From positions 1-33,403 of the forward strand of contig CBDDDZ010000001.1 in assembly GCA_965226795.1 (NCBI GenBank): a DNA stretch of 33,403 nt, in the 5' to 3' direction. The notes beneath the pieces were generated by a model. It made no database searches. It saw only the letters and a list, made by a program, of their open reading frames with translations, and had not been told where the DNA came from. Both the position numbers and the translations under genes were made by a program. The DNA comes from Candidatus Latescibacterota bacterium (GTDB lineage Bacteria; Latescibacterota; UBA2968; GCA-2709665). Below, in pieces: positions 15,629 to 26,683 of this stretch (position 1 is its first letter; each line of letters begins with the position of its first letter).

Positions 15629-18600
15629 ACACTATTGTCGCACGCACGTGTACAGTGATTCCGCTGGGGGAAGAGAAACGGAATCAGGAAAGGGTCTCAC
15701 GACCCTTGTCGGAATTTCGGGACACTACGGCCTATGTGTTGCTGGGTGACCCCGGCTCGGGTAAGACCACCGCGTTCGAGACCGAGTGCAAGGCGCTCGG
15801 GGAAGATGCCTGTCTGATCTCCGCCCGCGACTTTATTGCCCTGGACTTGGAAATGCACCCCGAGTGGCGCAACAAGACACTCTTTATCGACGGCCTTGAC
15901 GAGGTCAGGGTAGGCGCTGCAGATGCGCACACACCCTTTGACAGAATTCGCAATCGTCTCGAAACACTGTGTCGCCCGCGTTTCCGTTTATCGTGCCGGG
16001 AGGCGGACTGGCTCGGAGAGAACGATTGGAAGCGCCTGAAAATCGTATCACAGGACAACGACGTCACGGTTCTACGCCTCGATCCCCTTACGGAATCGGA
16101 CATTGTACGCATATTGAAAGAAAAGGGCGTTGAAGATACCGAGGCGTTCCTGGAAAGCGCCCGAGGTCGTCGGATCGACGGGCTCCTCACCAACCCGCAG
16201 TCCCTCGAGATGCTGGCCACCGTTGTAGCTGCTGGAGAGGAGTGGCCGGACAGCCGCCTGCAAACATTTGAGCAAGCCTGTTCGTACCTGGTCAGTGAGC
16301 ACAATAAAGAACACAAAGTTGCCACCCGGCCGGCAAATACACCTCACTTATTGGACGCCGCCGGGCGTCTTTGCGCCGTTCAGTTGATTGCGGGTATCGA
16401 AGGGTACACGCAGGGTCAGGGTGATCCGGACACAGACTTTCCCTCCTTGGAGGAAATTCAATACGAAAACCCGGACTTCCTGTCCGGCGCGTCCTGTCTC
16501 TCATCACGGGAGAGGACGGAATCGTAGTGACCGGGCTGAGGGGGCTGTCAGCCTGGCTCGCGGCACATTGCAAGAGAGCGCGAAGCGAACTTATCGAAAG
16601 GGATCCCATCGGTGTCGGCCTCTACGGCGATATACGCGGGTTTTCGTTTGACGAGAAACGGGCGCTCCTAAACTCTCTGCACAGTGACGTGTCCAGGCTC
16701 GGTTCCATTCAAGCGGCGCCGGCTTTCGGTCCTCTCGCGACGCTGGATATGGAACCCGCAATCAGGGACTTCCTCAGTGACCCGAGCCGCGTTAAGGACC
16801 ATCAGATGTTCGTACGGTTCGTATTGAGGCTTCTACACGAAGGGCCGCCGCTTCGGGGTCTGTCAGGTGTTCTGTTTGACATTGTGTACGATGATTCATG
16901 GTGTCCGGACGTCAATGAATTAGCCCTCAATGCATTTATCCACTGCGAGGACGACGAACCTCAAATCCCAAAACTCAAGACACTGCTGAAGGAAATTGAC
17001 GACGGAGACGTATCCGACCCTGACAATGACCTCCTTGGGATCCTGCTTTGGCAACTCTTCCCCGAGGAACTGCCTACCTCAGAGATCTGGAACTACAAAG
17101 CTTCGGAAAATGACGAAGGATCATCCTTAGGCTATTACAGGACGTTTTGGGGAACTGGACTTACACAAAAGTCTTCTCCAGCGCAAATAGCCGAACTCCT
17201 CGACGCCCTATGTGGGCGGTGTTGCTTGCCGGGGTCGGATCGGCATAACGGCCTGCGTCTAGAACACTTCCCGCCGATGCTGCTGGCGAAGGGTTTGATA
17301 TATCACGGAGATCAACTGGAGATCGAGCGGCTCTACGCCTGGCTGGATGCGTTTAGGTGGGTGCATCACTACGGAGACCAAGGCGTAGGTGAAATACGGT
17401 CCTGGTTGGAGCAACGCCCTGATATCCAAAAGAAGGTCATTTTCGAAGGATTGAAATGTCATCCCCAATCTGGCGATCTCAGGTATCGTGCGTTCGAAGT
17501 TCAAGGAGGGCTTTTCGACGCTTCCCCCCCAACCGACTTTGGTGTGTGGTGTCTAAAGCAAGCCCTTGCGATGGCAAGTCGTAAGCCGAGGGCTGCGGAA
17601 CACCTGTTGGAACTTGCCTGGCTGTGCCATTCTCAACAGAACGGTAACGAGGGCCTGTCACTCGAACTTTTCGAGAAATATACAGGGAAAAGCGAGTTAT
17701 TAAAATCGCGTCTCGCTGTGTTGCGCGCCCGCAACACCATCCCGAGAGGCGAACGTGTGGAAGACCGGGGCAGGTACGGAGAGCGGTACATCGATCAGAG
17801 GAGGCGTCAGAATGAGGAGTGGCTGGACCACCTTAGCGCTAACGAGGAAGCATTGCGCGAGAACAGGGCAGCACCCGCCCTGCTCCATAAAATCGCAGAG
17901 GTGTACTTCGGGAACTTCCTCAATTTCAACGTCGAAAGTGCAATTGGTTCAATTGAAAAACACCTCCGGGGCGAAAGTAGCTTGATCGAAGCCGCGCTAC
18001 TCGGGCTTCGTCTGACAATCGAGAGGGGGGATATTCCGGGACTGAACGAGATTCTGGACCTGAGGGAGAATGGACGGAAGCATTATCTGGAGTGGCCTTT
18101 CCTGGCGGGCCTTGCGGAAGTGGAAAGAACGACGCCAGTAGACTCGCCTCTGTCAGATGAGGGTCGGATCCGTTCGGCAATCGCGTTCTACTATTGTACT
18201 CCCTACGGTGAATATCGGCCCGAATGGTATACACGGCTTCTCGAAAAGCGCCCCGATATCGTCGCCGACGTTCAGGTCCGATTCGCTCGATCGGAATTGC
18301 GCCGTGGTCGCCACCGTTTCAATAAGCTCTGGGATCTGGTTCAAGACCCTACTCACGCTCAGGTCGCGCGTCTGGCAAGCCTGCCGCTTCTACGTGCCTT
18401 TCCGACCCGGTGCAACGACGCACAGATTGAAACGCTGGACCGTCTCCTATGGGCCGCGATCCAACACACGGATAGAGCGTCCCTTCAGGAGTTGGTCGAA
18501 ACAAAACTGTCCCGTTCGAGCATGAACGTCGCCCAGCGCGTGCACTGGGTGGCGGCTGCGGCCATTCTTTCACCAGGGACGTATCTGGACCATTTGATAG

Positions 18601-19590
18601 ACTACGTGCAGGGTCAAGAAAAACGGATACGACATCTGGTGGGATTTCTCCCGTCGGTTTTTCCCGGCGGTGGCTTCTCACTCTCCGATATTGAGCTGGG
18701 AATTAGCGTATTGGAAGCCCTTGTTCGTCTTATTGGTGGCTACGTCGGGCCGCATCAGAGATGGAATGAGGATTCTGGTGATAAAGAGGGCGACTGGGTT
18801 GGACCTGAAATGCAAGCCGCATTGCTTGTCGATATTCTCATTCAGCGATTCGCGGGTATGCCTGGCGACTCGGCGAGCATCGCACTGGATAAACTCCTTC
18901 AAGATGGCGCGCTATCGGCATGGCACAACGTTCTCTCGCGGGCGCGAGATTCCCAGAGGGTCATTCGCAGAGACGCTGTCTATCGCCATCCCGATTTGCA
19001 ACGCGTCTGCCGGACCCTGGACAACGGCAGCCCGGCCAACGCCGCCGACCTCGCCGCGCTTCTGGTGGACAGGTTGGACGAGATTGCCAGGCAGATCCAG
19101 GCCGGCAATACCAACGATTGGCGCCTGTACTGGAACGAGGACCCGCACGGACAACGGTGCAAAGCGAAACCCGAGAATTCCTGCCGAGATGCGCTGCTTT
19201 CGGATCTTCGCCAGCGCCTGCCAGGTGACGTCGACGCGCAACCGGAGGGACAGTACGCCAGGGGCAAGCGTGCCGACATACGCGTATCATCAGGCCAGGA
19301 TTTTCAAGTGCCGATCGAAATAAAAAAGAACGACCATCCCGATCTGTGGACTGCGATAAAGACGCAGTTGATCGCTAAATACGGTCGAGATCCTGGTGCG
19401 GCCGGACACGGCGTCTACCTGGTGTTCTGGTTCGGCAAGGCGGGCACCCCTTTTCATTCATCGGGTAGGCGCCCGGAAACTCCCGGTGAGCTACAGGAAC
19501 AGCTGAAGGCGACGCTTTCCGGGAGATGAAACTCACCGGATATCGGTGCGTGTAATTAACGTCAGCAGGGACGGTGCGGATTCACCATAG
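15625..19590 (+). pseudogene. Large NACHT/STAND-like NTPase with a C-terminal PD-(D/E)XK-like domain, broken near 16474 and 19521
   Basis: Walker A LLGDPGSGKTT, Walker B LFIDGLDE, RLSCR and NPQSLEML are in ORF 15625..16527. RADIRV...PIEIKK...GVYLVFWFG is in ORF 16527..19529. The downstream frame is already open at 16473 (GLPVRRVLSLITGEDGIVV). A tail ISVRVINVS continues in a shifted frame to TAG 19590. Confidence 0.75.
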
Positions 19591-19686
19591 AAATGACAGG
19601 GAGATTGGCGCGTGTGGCGGGACTCGTAGGAACGCGTAGTTTATCGCCCTGGCGAACTTGATCCAGCGCTGCGGCTGCCTGTATCG

Positions 19687-19714
19687 ATTGACCATAAGAA
19701 TTCTTATGGTATCA
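19687..19714 (-). other. dif-like XerC/XerD recombination site (11-6-11)
   Basis: The minus strand reads TGATACCATAA GAATTC TTATGGTCAAT. It has the CATAA-N6-TTATG core, and the right arm matches E. coli dif TTATGTTAAAT at 9/11 positions. Confidence 0.55.
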
Positions 19715-19730
19715 CAAGAAAATTTGTGAT
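19711..19730. promoter_or_regulatory. Inverted repeat ATCACAA-N6-TTGTGAT, possible protein-binding site
   Basis: Perfect 7-bp arms in an AT-rich intergenic segment, overlapping the edge of the dif-like site. Confidence 0.35.
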
Positions 19731-19813
19731 TGCGGGTTGCCGACATATTTGACACGGCAATCTATTTCAGGGACGGGACACTAGAGCTTTACCGGTGCAT
19801 TTCACCTTGAGAG

Positions 19814-20251
19814 GCCGCGAGGATGCTGGAGGGCGCCGGGGCCGACGTGGTGGGCGCCAATTGCTGGCAGGATCCCACCTTTATGCTCCCCGCCATCGAA
19901 CAGATGCGCGCTTCGGTAACGTGCCGCGTGGCCGCCCAGCCGGTCGCCTATCGATGCACGCCCGAAGTGCCCTTCTTCACGGGACAGCCCGGCTTTCCTG
20001 ACCGGCTTGACCCCTCCAGGATTACCCGCTTTGAAATGGGCGAATTCGCCGGGAGCGCTCCGGATCTCGGCGTGAACTATATCGGCGGCTGCTGCGGGTG
20101 CGAAGGGTCGCACATCCGCCAGATGGCTTGCGCCATCGGCAAGGCGCCCGCCGAAGAGCGCGAATGGGACGCGGACGATCAGAAACCCCAGTCGGCGACG
20201 GAAGCGTACAGGGAAATCCGGGAGCAATCCGGCGCCGCTCCCGGAGCATGA
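19814..20251 (+). pseudogene. Homocysteine S-methyltransferase family (BHMT-like), C-terminal fragment only
   Basis: GADVVGANC and YIGGCCGCEGSHIRQMA Zn-ligand motifs are present. Only ~145 aa remain and the N-terminal half is missing. Confidence 0.8.
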
Positions 20252-20290
20252 ACAGAACGCAATGGTACGTCGGGGCCCGGCCGGGCGGGT

Positions 20291-21055
20291 TCAACCAGCC
20301 CGCCGCTCCCAGCACGTCACCCGGTATCCCTTTCCCTTTAACGCCACGGCGCCAATAAGGCCGTACCCGGGCTCCAGCGCCTGCAAAAACCATTCTGACG
20401 GTGCCTCCGGATTGCCGTTGATACGCAGCAGCGCCGCGGGTGCGCCGGGCGCCAGTGAGACTTCGAATCCATCCAGCGGGCAGGCAAGCCCGGTCCCCAA
20501 TGCCTTGATATACGCCTCTTTACGTGTCCAGCAGTTGAAAAACGCCTCGTATTGGACCTCCGAAGGGAGCGCCCGGATCGCGTCGACTTCCCCGGGTGCG
20601 AAATAACGTCCCGCCAGCCGCAGGTGCTCTTTCACGGCCCGGATGCGTTCCACGTCCACCCCGACTTCGCGCGCACGGACCACCGCCAGGAGGGCAAGTT
20701 CGCCGGTGTGGGAGAGGTTGAAGCGCACTGCGTCTCCATCCGAACCCGTCTTCAGGAACGGTTTTCCCCGTGGTCCATATCCGAATTCCAGCCGTTCCGG
20801 AGCCAGCCCCACGTACCGCCCCAGGATCCTCCTTAGAGACGCCCGTCCGGCAATGAAACGCGCCCGGTGTCGGTCAAAGACAAACCGGGCGGCGCGCGCG
20901 TTCTCGTCTTCGGAAAGCAGGTCCTGCATCTCTGGAATCTCTGAAGCCGACCGGTCCAGACTCATCCGCCAGACCTGAATCTCGCTATCCGATACGGCAG
21001 GACGTTCAGGCGGCGGGCGCCAGATTTCGGATGCGGTTCGGTTGAAGTGACTCAC
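20291..21055 (-). CDS. Sfp-type 4'-phosphopantetheinyl transferase
   Basis: [20 protein letters not shown] and [18 protein letters not shown] start at 21055 overlaps the dehydratase stop (GTGA). Confidence 0.92.
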   Translation of the reverse strand: MSHFNRTASEIWRPPPERPAVSDSEIQVWRMSLDRSASEIPEMQDLLSEDENARAARFVFDRHRARFIAGRASLRRILGRYVGLAPERLEFGYGPRGKPFLKTGSDGDAVRFNLSHTGELALLAVVRAREVGVDVERIRAVKEHLRLAGRYFAPGEVDAIRALPSEVQYEAFFNCWTRKEAYIKALGTGLACPLDGFEVSLAPGAPAALLRINGNPEAPSEWFLQALEPGYGLIGAVALKGKGYRVTCWERRAG

Positions 21056-23040
21056 GGGGGTGTACCGCCGTTCAACCGTTTCACAATCGCATCCACGTCG
21101 TACACGCATCCCCCCCAGGTTCCGCCGCCCACGTTCTGAAGGGCCGCCCACAGCCGGGTATCCTCCGGCAGATCCGGGTCGGGCGCCAGATCGGAGCGCG
21201 GGGCGCGGTCGGCCAGAATGCGACGACCTTTGTCGGGTCCAAAACGGGTCTCGCCCACGCCGACAAAGTGGATGCTCCCCAAGAGGTCCTTCCGGTCGAT
21301 CACGATTTCCACGACGTCTCCATCCTCCAACTTGCCGATCGGGCCGCCGGCCAGCGCCTCCGGGCCGATGTGGCCGATGCAGGCCCCGGTTGAAAACCCT
21401 GAAAAACGTGCGTCCGTCAGCACAGCCACGTGTTTCCCGAAGTCCAGGTACTTAAGCGCGGTCGTGATCTGAGCAATTTCCTCCATCCCCGCGCCCATCG
21501 GACCGCGCCCGATCAACACCATCACGTCGCCCGGTTTAACGCCCTTCGGGCCGGAATCCTTCAGCGCGGCGGCGGCGGCTCGTTCGGTGGTGAACACCTT
21601 GACCGGACCGGTCATCCGGTAGACGCCATCCGCGTCGACGACCGAAGGGTCGATCGCCGTGCTCTTTACCACGGACCCTTCCGGCGCGATATTTCCCGTG
21701 GGAAAACAGACCGTACTGGTCAACCCTCTTTCCCGCGCGCGGTCGACATCCATAATCACATGGTCCGGATCGATTCCGTCCTGATCACGCAACGCCTCCC
21801 GTAACCTGGATCGTCGTTCGGATCCCTCCCACCAGTCCAGATTTTCACCCAGCGTCCTTCCGGAAATCGTGAGGGCGCCATCTTCGAGCAACCCGAGCCT
21901 TCGCAGGTGCAGCATGACTTCCGGCACGCCGCCGGCCAGAAATGCCTGGATCGTCGGATGGAACTCAGGACCGTTTGGCAGTACGTCGACCAGGCGCGGG
22001 ACCTGTCGGTTCACGTGGTTCCAGTCGGCCACGGTAGGGCGCGTGAGCCCGGCGGCATAGGCCACCGCCGGAATATGCAACAGCAGGTTGGTCGATCCGC
22101 CGAACGCGGCATGCGTTACCATCGCATTGTGAACCGCGGCATCCGTGATCACCTCGGCCGTCGTGAGTCCCGAGACCTGCATCGCGAAAACCGCGCGGGC
22201 GGACCTGAGCGCCATATCCAGCCAGACCGTCTGTCCGGACGGCGCCAGGGCTGAATGGGTCACCGCAAATCCGAGCGCTTCGGCAACAACCTGTGAAGTC
22301 GCCGCCGTGCCCAGAAACTGGCAGCCGCCCCCGGGCGAAGCGCACGCCCGGCAACCCAGGTCCTGCACGTCGGAAAGCGCCATCTCTCCGTGTGCCAGCC
22401 GGACGCCTACCGACTGGATCTTGCCGGCGTCTTCACCGTCTTCCGGCGGAAGCGTAACGCCTCCCGGAACGATCGCCGTGGGCAGCGAATGCATCGCCGC
22501 CAGGGCGATCATCATCGCGGGCAATCCCTTATCGCAGGTTGCAACGCCAATTACCCCTTTGCGGGTGGGAAGCGAGCGGATCAGGCGCCGGAACACCGTC
22601 GCCGCGTCGTTGCGATACGCGAGACTGTCCATCATGCCTGTTGTGCCCTGCGTACGTCCGTCGCAGGGGTCGGAGCAATACCCCGCAAAGGGAATTCCGC
22701 CCAGGCGATGAATCTCCAGGGCGGCCTCCCGCATCAGCAGCCCGACCTCCCAGTGCCCGGTATGATATCCCAGCGCGACGGGGCGGCCGTCCGGCTCGCG
22801 AATCCCCCCCATCGTACTCAGGATCAGGAACTCCGGCCGGCCCAGTTCCGCCGGATTCCACCCCATGCCCGCGTTCTGACTGTAGCCGAAGATATCCCCG
22901 CTGGGCGATTCGATCACGTGTTCTTCGGTCAGCGAAATCAGCCGGCCCTCGGGTCCCGGCGCACGCGTGCGAATCTCGTAAATGGATTCGTCGCCAGACT
23001 GCAGGATTGTGTGAAAGGATGGATTGCGAACCGCTTGCAT
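21052..23040 (-). CDS. yjhG: YjhG/YagF family D-xylonate dehydratase (IlvD/Edd superfamily)
   Basis: [77 protein letters not shown] and [10 protein letters not shown]. Confidence 0.9.
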   Translation of the reverse strand: MQAVRNPSFHTILQSGDESIYEIRTRAPGPEGRLISLTEEHVIESPSGDIFGYSQNAGMGWNPAELGRPEFLILSTMGGIREPDGRPVALGYHTGHWEVGLLMREAALEIHRLGGIPFAGYCSDPCDGRTQGTTGMMDSLAYRNDAATVFRRLIRSLPTRKGVIGVATCDKGLPAMMIALAAMHSLPTAIVPGGVTLPPEDGEDAGKIQSVGVRLAHGEMALSDVQDLGCRACASPGGGCQFLGTAATSQVVAEALGFAVTHSALAPSGQTVWLDMALRSARAVFAMQVSGLTTAEVITDAAVHNAMVTHAAFGGSTNLLLHIPAVAYAAGLTRPTVADWNHVNRQVPRLVDVLPNGPEFHPTIQAFLAGGVPEVMLHLRRLGLLEDGALTISGRTLGENLDWWEGSERRSRLREALRDQDGIDPDHVIMDVDRARERGLTSTVCFPTGNIAPEGSVVKSTAIDPSVVDADGVYRMTGPVKVFTTERAAAAALKDSGPKGVKPGDVMVLIGRGPMGAGMEEIAQITTALKYLDFGKHVAVLTDARFSGFSTGACIGHIGPEALAGGPIGKLEDGDVVEIVIDRKDLLGSIHFVGVGETRFGPDKGRRILADRAPRSDLAPDPDLPEDTRLWAALQNVGGGTWGGCVYDVDAIVKRLNGGTPP

Positions 23041-23171
23041 GGGAACTCCTCATAACATTACGAACACCTGACCGGGGACACCCGTTCCGGCGGGCCTTCA
23101 TTACCTTTGTGGATGCGATCCCCTTTTCCCGGTTCGCTAGGACCGGGTGACGCCCCTGCGCCGGTGGTCGT

Positions 23172-23942
23172 TCATTCCAACCCCATTTCCCGCAGGTTAC
23201 GCAGACTGATGCCCAGGCTTTCGAACGGGTCCCGCTGGCACGTGTCCTGCTCCACGATGTACCATCGGGTGCCCGCGGCCTCGCTGGCATCCAGAATCGC
23301 CGGCCAGTTCAGGTTGCCCTCGCCCACCTCGGCGTAGAGCTGCTCCCGGCCGCGCATGGCCATATCTTTCACGTGAACCAGGTCTGCCCGGCCCGCGGCC
23401 TTGCGAATCCACGCGGCTGGATCTCCGCCTCCGTGCTGTATCCAGTAGGTGTCGATCTCGAGCTGGAAAACCTCCGGGTCGCTTTCTTCAAACAGGATCT
23501 GCAGACCCGTGCGATCGCCGAATCGCTCCAGTTCAAAACTGTGGTTGTGATACCCGAACGTGAGGCCGGCCGCCGCCAGCTTTCTCGCCACCTCGGATGC
23601 TTCGAGGGCGAACCGTCTGTAACCGTCTCCGCCATCTTCGCGATACCTCTGGGGAAGCCCCCCGATCGCCGGGTATCTGCATCCCCATAGCAAATGCTCG
23701 TCGATTACAGCCTGCGTTTCATCCCTCATGCTTTCGAAGCTGGTGTGGGTGGCGCAGATCTCAAGGCCCTCACCATCCGCCAGATTTTTGAGTTCCTGGG
23801 GGCTGATTTCCCCAAAAGCCGACACCTGCATGGCGTCGTATCCCAGCGCTTTCACCTTTTTCAGACTGACCGCGACGTCCGCGGGCGTTTTTGTGAATTC
23901 ACGCACCGTATACATCTGCGCAGCCAATACCGTACCGGCCAT
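23172..23942 (-). CDS. Sugar phosphate isomerase/epimerase (xylose isomerase-like TIM barrel)
   Basis: AQMYTVR, GYHNHSFE, EIDTYW, VHVKD, GEGNLNW and IVEQD. Confidence 0.9.
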   Translation of the reverse strand: MAGTVLAAQMYTVREFTKTPADVAVSLKKVKALGYDAMQVSAFGEISPQELKNLADGEGLEICATHTSFESMRDETQAVIDEHLLWGCRYPAIGGLPQRYREDGGDGYRRFALEASEVARKLAAAGLTFGYHNHSFELERFGDRTGLQILFEESDPEVFQLEIDTYWIQHGGGDPAAWIRKAAGRADLVHVKDMAMRGREQLYAEVGEGNLNWPAILDASEAAGTRWYIVEQDTCQRDPFESLGISLRNLREMGLE

Positions 23943-24204
23943 TTTCCGCTCCTTTCCGCAATCGCCAATGCATCCTGTACACGCTCGATTTCAAGTACAA
24001 AATACCACTGGATCGCTGAACTTACAAGCCAAGTTTTTCCGCCGGAAGCAGGTAGCCGCTCGGCGATTGCCGGAACAATTTTTTGGTGGTTTTTTTACGA
24101 AACCACTGTATTTTAAGTTCGAAGTTTCCGCTCCCCGATCCCCCCCAGTATTGCGTGATCCCCTGTTTCAACCGAACCCGCCTCCCTCGCAGAGGAGCCC
24201 GTTT

Positions 24205-26469
24205 ATGCCCGCATTGCAGCACGCGACAACGCAACAGGAGCACCGCAACCGGACGCTGCTGGACGGTTCGCGATATCTGTCCGACGCCGCCACGTCCGAA
24301 GTTCTGCCACTGCATATCGACATCCGGCATACCGATGCATTGACGGAAAGGCAAGTCAACACCTTTGCCGCGCTTCAGATCGAGGCTGCCCGCACCGCCG
24401 TTCGCTCCCTGGCGTCCCTGGCCGAAATCGGCGAAGCGGATCACCTGGGCGGCGGCATCGGCCTGATTCCCCCATTGCTGCTCACCCTCGCGGTTGTCGA
24501 CTTTGAACGCATCGAGTATACCATCGAACACGCCCACACCAGCGTCGGATATTATGCAGCGCTTTCCGCCCTGGGTTTTGTCGACCCCGAACACGTGGTT
24601 TCCGACTTTCGCCGCGGCCTTGATCTTCCCGGCCACGTTTCATGGCTGCCGGGTGGCACGCAGATGAACGGCGGCCGCCTGGGCGTGATGATTCCCGTTG
24701 CGGTCGGCAACGCGCTGGGTAAACGCGGCGCTTTCGGCGACGGATGCTGGGTGGTTGCCCACTGCGGCGACGCCGGCTGGATCTCGGGCCAGGCGCTCAA
24801 CGGCTTCAACGCCGCGCACGTTCACGGCGCGCCCATCACGTTTGTGATGGACCGGAACGGCATCCAGCTTTCAGGCAGCACAAAACGCATTCTGGATAAG
24901 GATCCCCGTTCCATCATTGGCGCCATGGGCGTCGAGATCCTGGAAATTCCCACGCTTCTCGATCCCGCCGGTCTGTACAGGGCGTACCGTGAAGCATACG
25001 CCCTGGCACAGGAATGCCGCCCCAGTATGATATATCCCCTCGGCTTCCGGTCCGGGAACGGCAAACGGATCGACCTGTTGCATTTCGGCGAATACCACGG
25101 CATTCTCGAAGACGTTGAAGCCTTCGCCGACCGGCACGACGTGCCTCTGGACCGTGAGATCTGGGTCCCCGGATCGCTGATGAGTTATAGAGACGTGGAA
25201 CCCATGCTGGAATGCCTCTTCCTTGTGAACGATCTCCCCGGCGGCGCGGGCCACCACGACGGGGGCATGAAGGGCCGAAACGAAGCGGATGTGCTCGCCG
25301 GGCCCATGTTCCGGGCCACGCCCGGCCAGGAGGAAGCGCTCAAGAATCTGAAGTCGCAGCCACCCCACAGGGTCAGGACCCGCGCCCGCCCGGCCCCGGG
25401 AAGCCCGAACCTGGTTCTGCCTGACGGCGCGACGGAGAGCGTCTCTCTGCCCGGTCCGGGTGAGTTGAAGAGCGCCCGCGACGGTTCGGAAGCCGGTTAC
25501 GCGCTGATGGCCGAGTCCTTTCCTGAACAGGTCTTTGTGGTCAGCTGCGACCTGGATGCTTCCACCAAACTGGCAAAGGCACGGAGCCGCCTGGCCGAAA
25601 ACCATCAGTTCGAAATCAGCATCGAAGAACAGGCCGCCACTCTTATCGCCAACGGTCTGGCCACCAGTACGCGGAAACCGCAACTGAACGTGGTGTCCAC
25701 CTTTGCGGCGTTCTTCGAAGGCATTGCCCGCGAAGGCTTCGATATGTGGCAGTACCAGCGCAACCTGACGGGCGTGAACGAAGGCCTTAACGTCACGTTT
25801 CACCTGTCCCACGTGGGCGCGTGTACGGGTCGTGACCACTTCTCCGGCTGGGGTCTGGACTGGATCAACGTGGGCCTTAACTACCTTCCGTACCTGCACC
25901 GGTTCTACGCCCCGTCCGACGCGCGGTCGGCCTTTCTCGCCGTGATCGACCTGGCCGCGAATTATGGCGGGCACATCATCGGTATTCCCCGCGACAACCT
26001 GCCCGTGCTCGAAAAACAGGACGGCTCCGGCCCTCTCTGGGAGCCCGATGAGGAATGGCGACCCGTCACAGCCTACCGTTCCTTTGCCGGCGCCAGGCGC
26101 GCGATCCTGGCATTCGGCGCGCCGGCCTTCCTGGCGGCGGAGGCCGCGGATAGGCTGAATCAACGGGACGTTGGCGTAGACGTATACATTGTCAACGGCC
26201 TGCCCGTGCCGAACGGACGCCTGGAAGCGTTGATTTCGCGATACACCCAGGGAGTCGTCACGATCGAAGACGGCAAGATCGGCACCCCCGAAACCGGACT
26301 CAGGGGGTTTGCCGGCCTGGTGGCGGCCGCGGCTTCGTCTGCAGGAGTTGCCCACGCGCATATCGGCCTGACCGATCCGAGAATCGCCCCGTCCGACGGG
26401 CATATGGAAACCTGGGCGCACTTCGGCATTACCACGGATGCGTTGGTCGATGCGATCGATAGTCTATAG
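24205..26469 (+). CDS. Transketolase-like thiamine diphosphate enzyme (754 aa)
   Basis: RBS GAGGAG at 24192-24197. DHLGG, LPGH, ThDP-binding GDAGW...DRNGIQLSG, CDLDAST, SIEEQ, STFAAF and C-terminal VVTIED. Confidence 0.8.
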   Translation: MPALQHATTQQEHRNRTLLDGSRYLSDAATSEVLPLHIDIRHTDALTERQVNTFAALQIEAARTAVRSLASLAEIGEADHLGGGIGLIPPLLLTLAVVDFERIEYTIEHAHTSVGYYAALSALGFVDPEHVVSDFRRGLDLPGHVSWLPGGTQMNGGRLGVMIPVAVGNALGKRGAFGDGCWVVAHCGDAGWISGQALNGFNAAHVHGAPITFVMDRNGIQLSGSTKRILDKDPRSIIGAMGVEILEIPTLLDPAGLYRAYREAYALAQECRPSMIYPLGFRSGNGKRIDLLHFGEYHGILEDVEAFADRHDVPLDREIWVPGSLMSYRDVEPMLECLFLVNDLPGGAGHHDGGMKGRNEADVLAGPMFRATPGQEEALKNLKSQPPHRVRTRARPAPGSPNLVLPDGATESVSLPGPGELKSARDGSEAGYALMAESFPEQVFVVSCDLDASTKLAKARSRLAENHQFEISIEEQAATLIANGLATSTRKPQLNVVSTFAAFFEGIAREGFDMWQYQRNLTGVNEGLNVTFHLSHVGACTGRDHFSGWGLDWINVGLNYLPYLHRFYAPSDARSAFLAVIDLAANYGGHIIGIPRDNLPVLEKQDGSGPLWEPDEEWRPVTAYRSFAGARRAILAFGAPAFLAAEAADRLNQRDVGVDVYIVNGLPVPNGRLEALISRYTQGVVTIEDGKIGTPETGLRGFAGLVAAAASSAGVAHAHIGLTDPRIAPSDGHMETWAHFGITTDALVDAIDSL

Positions 26470-26683
26470 TGGTTTTACCTGCGAGGGATTCGCAAAGGGT
26501 CGGGGAAGGGCAACAGGAGGAAGGCGACAACATACGGCGCCGGCCGGCGGGCGGACCCACAACATGCACCGGTGCGCGGAAAGATGCCTGATCGCGCGTG
26601 TGTCTTTGTGTGCGACAAAGAATCCGCTGCAAGCGTTGGAGTTCGGCTACGACTCTGTTTCCGCGATTCAACATTCCCGGCAA

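Noticed and set aside
23728..24204. 159-aa N-terminal extension of the transketolase-like ORF
   Set aside because: It overlaps the divergent isomerase gene and promoter region, and a good RBS precedes ATG 24205.
26503..26510. KOPS-like GGGAAGGG as support for the terminus
   Set aside because: It is a single occurrence pointing away from the dif-like site, and KOPS motifs are lineage-specific, so it is uninformative.
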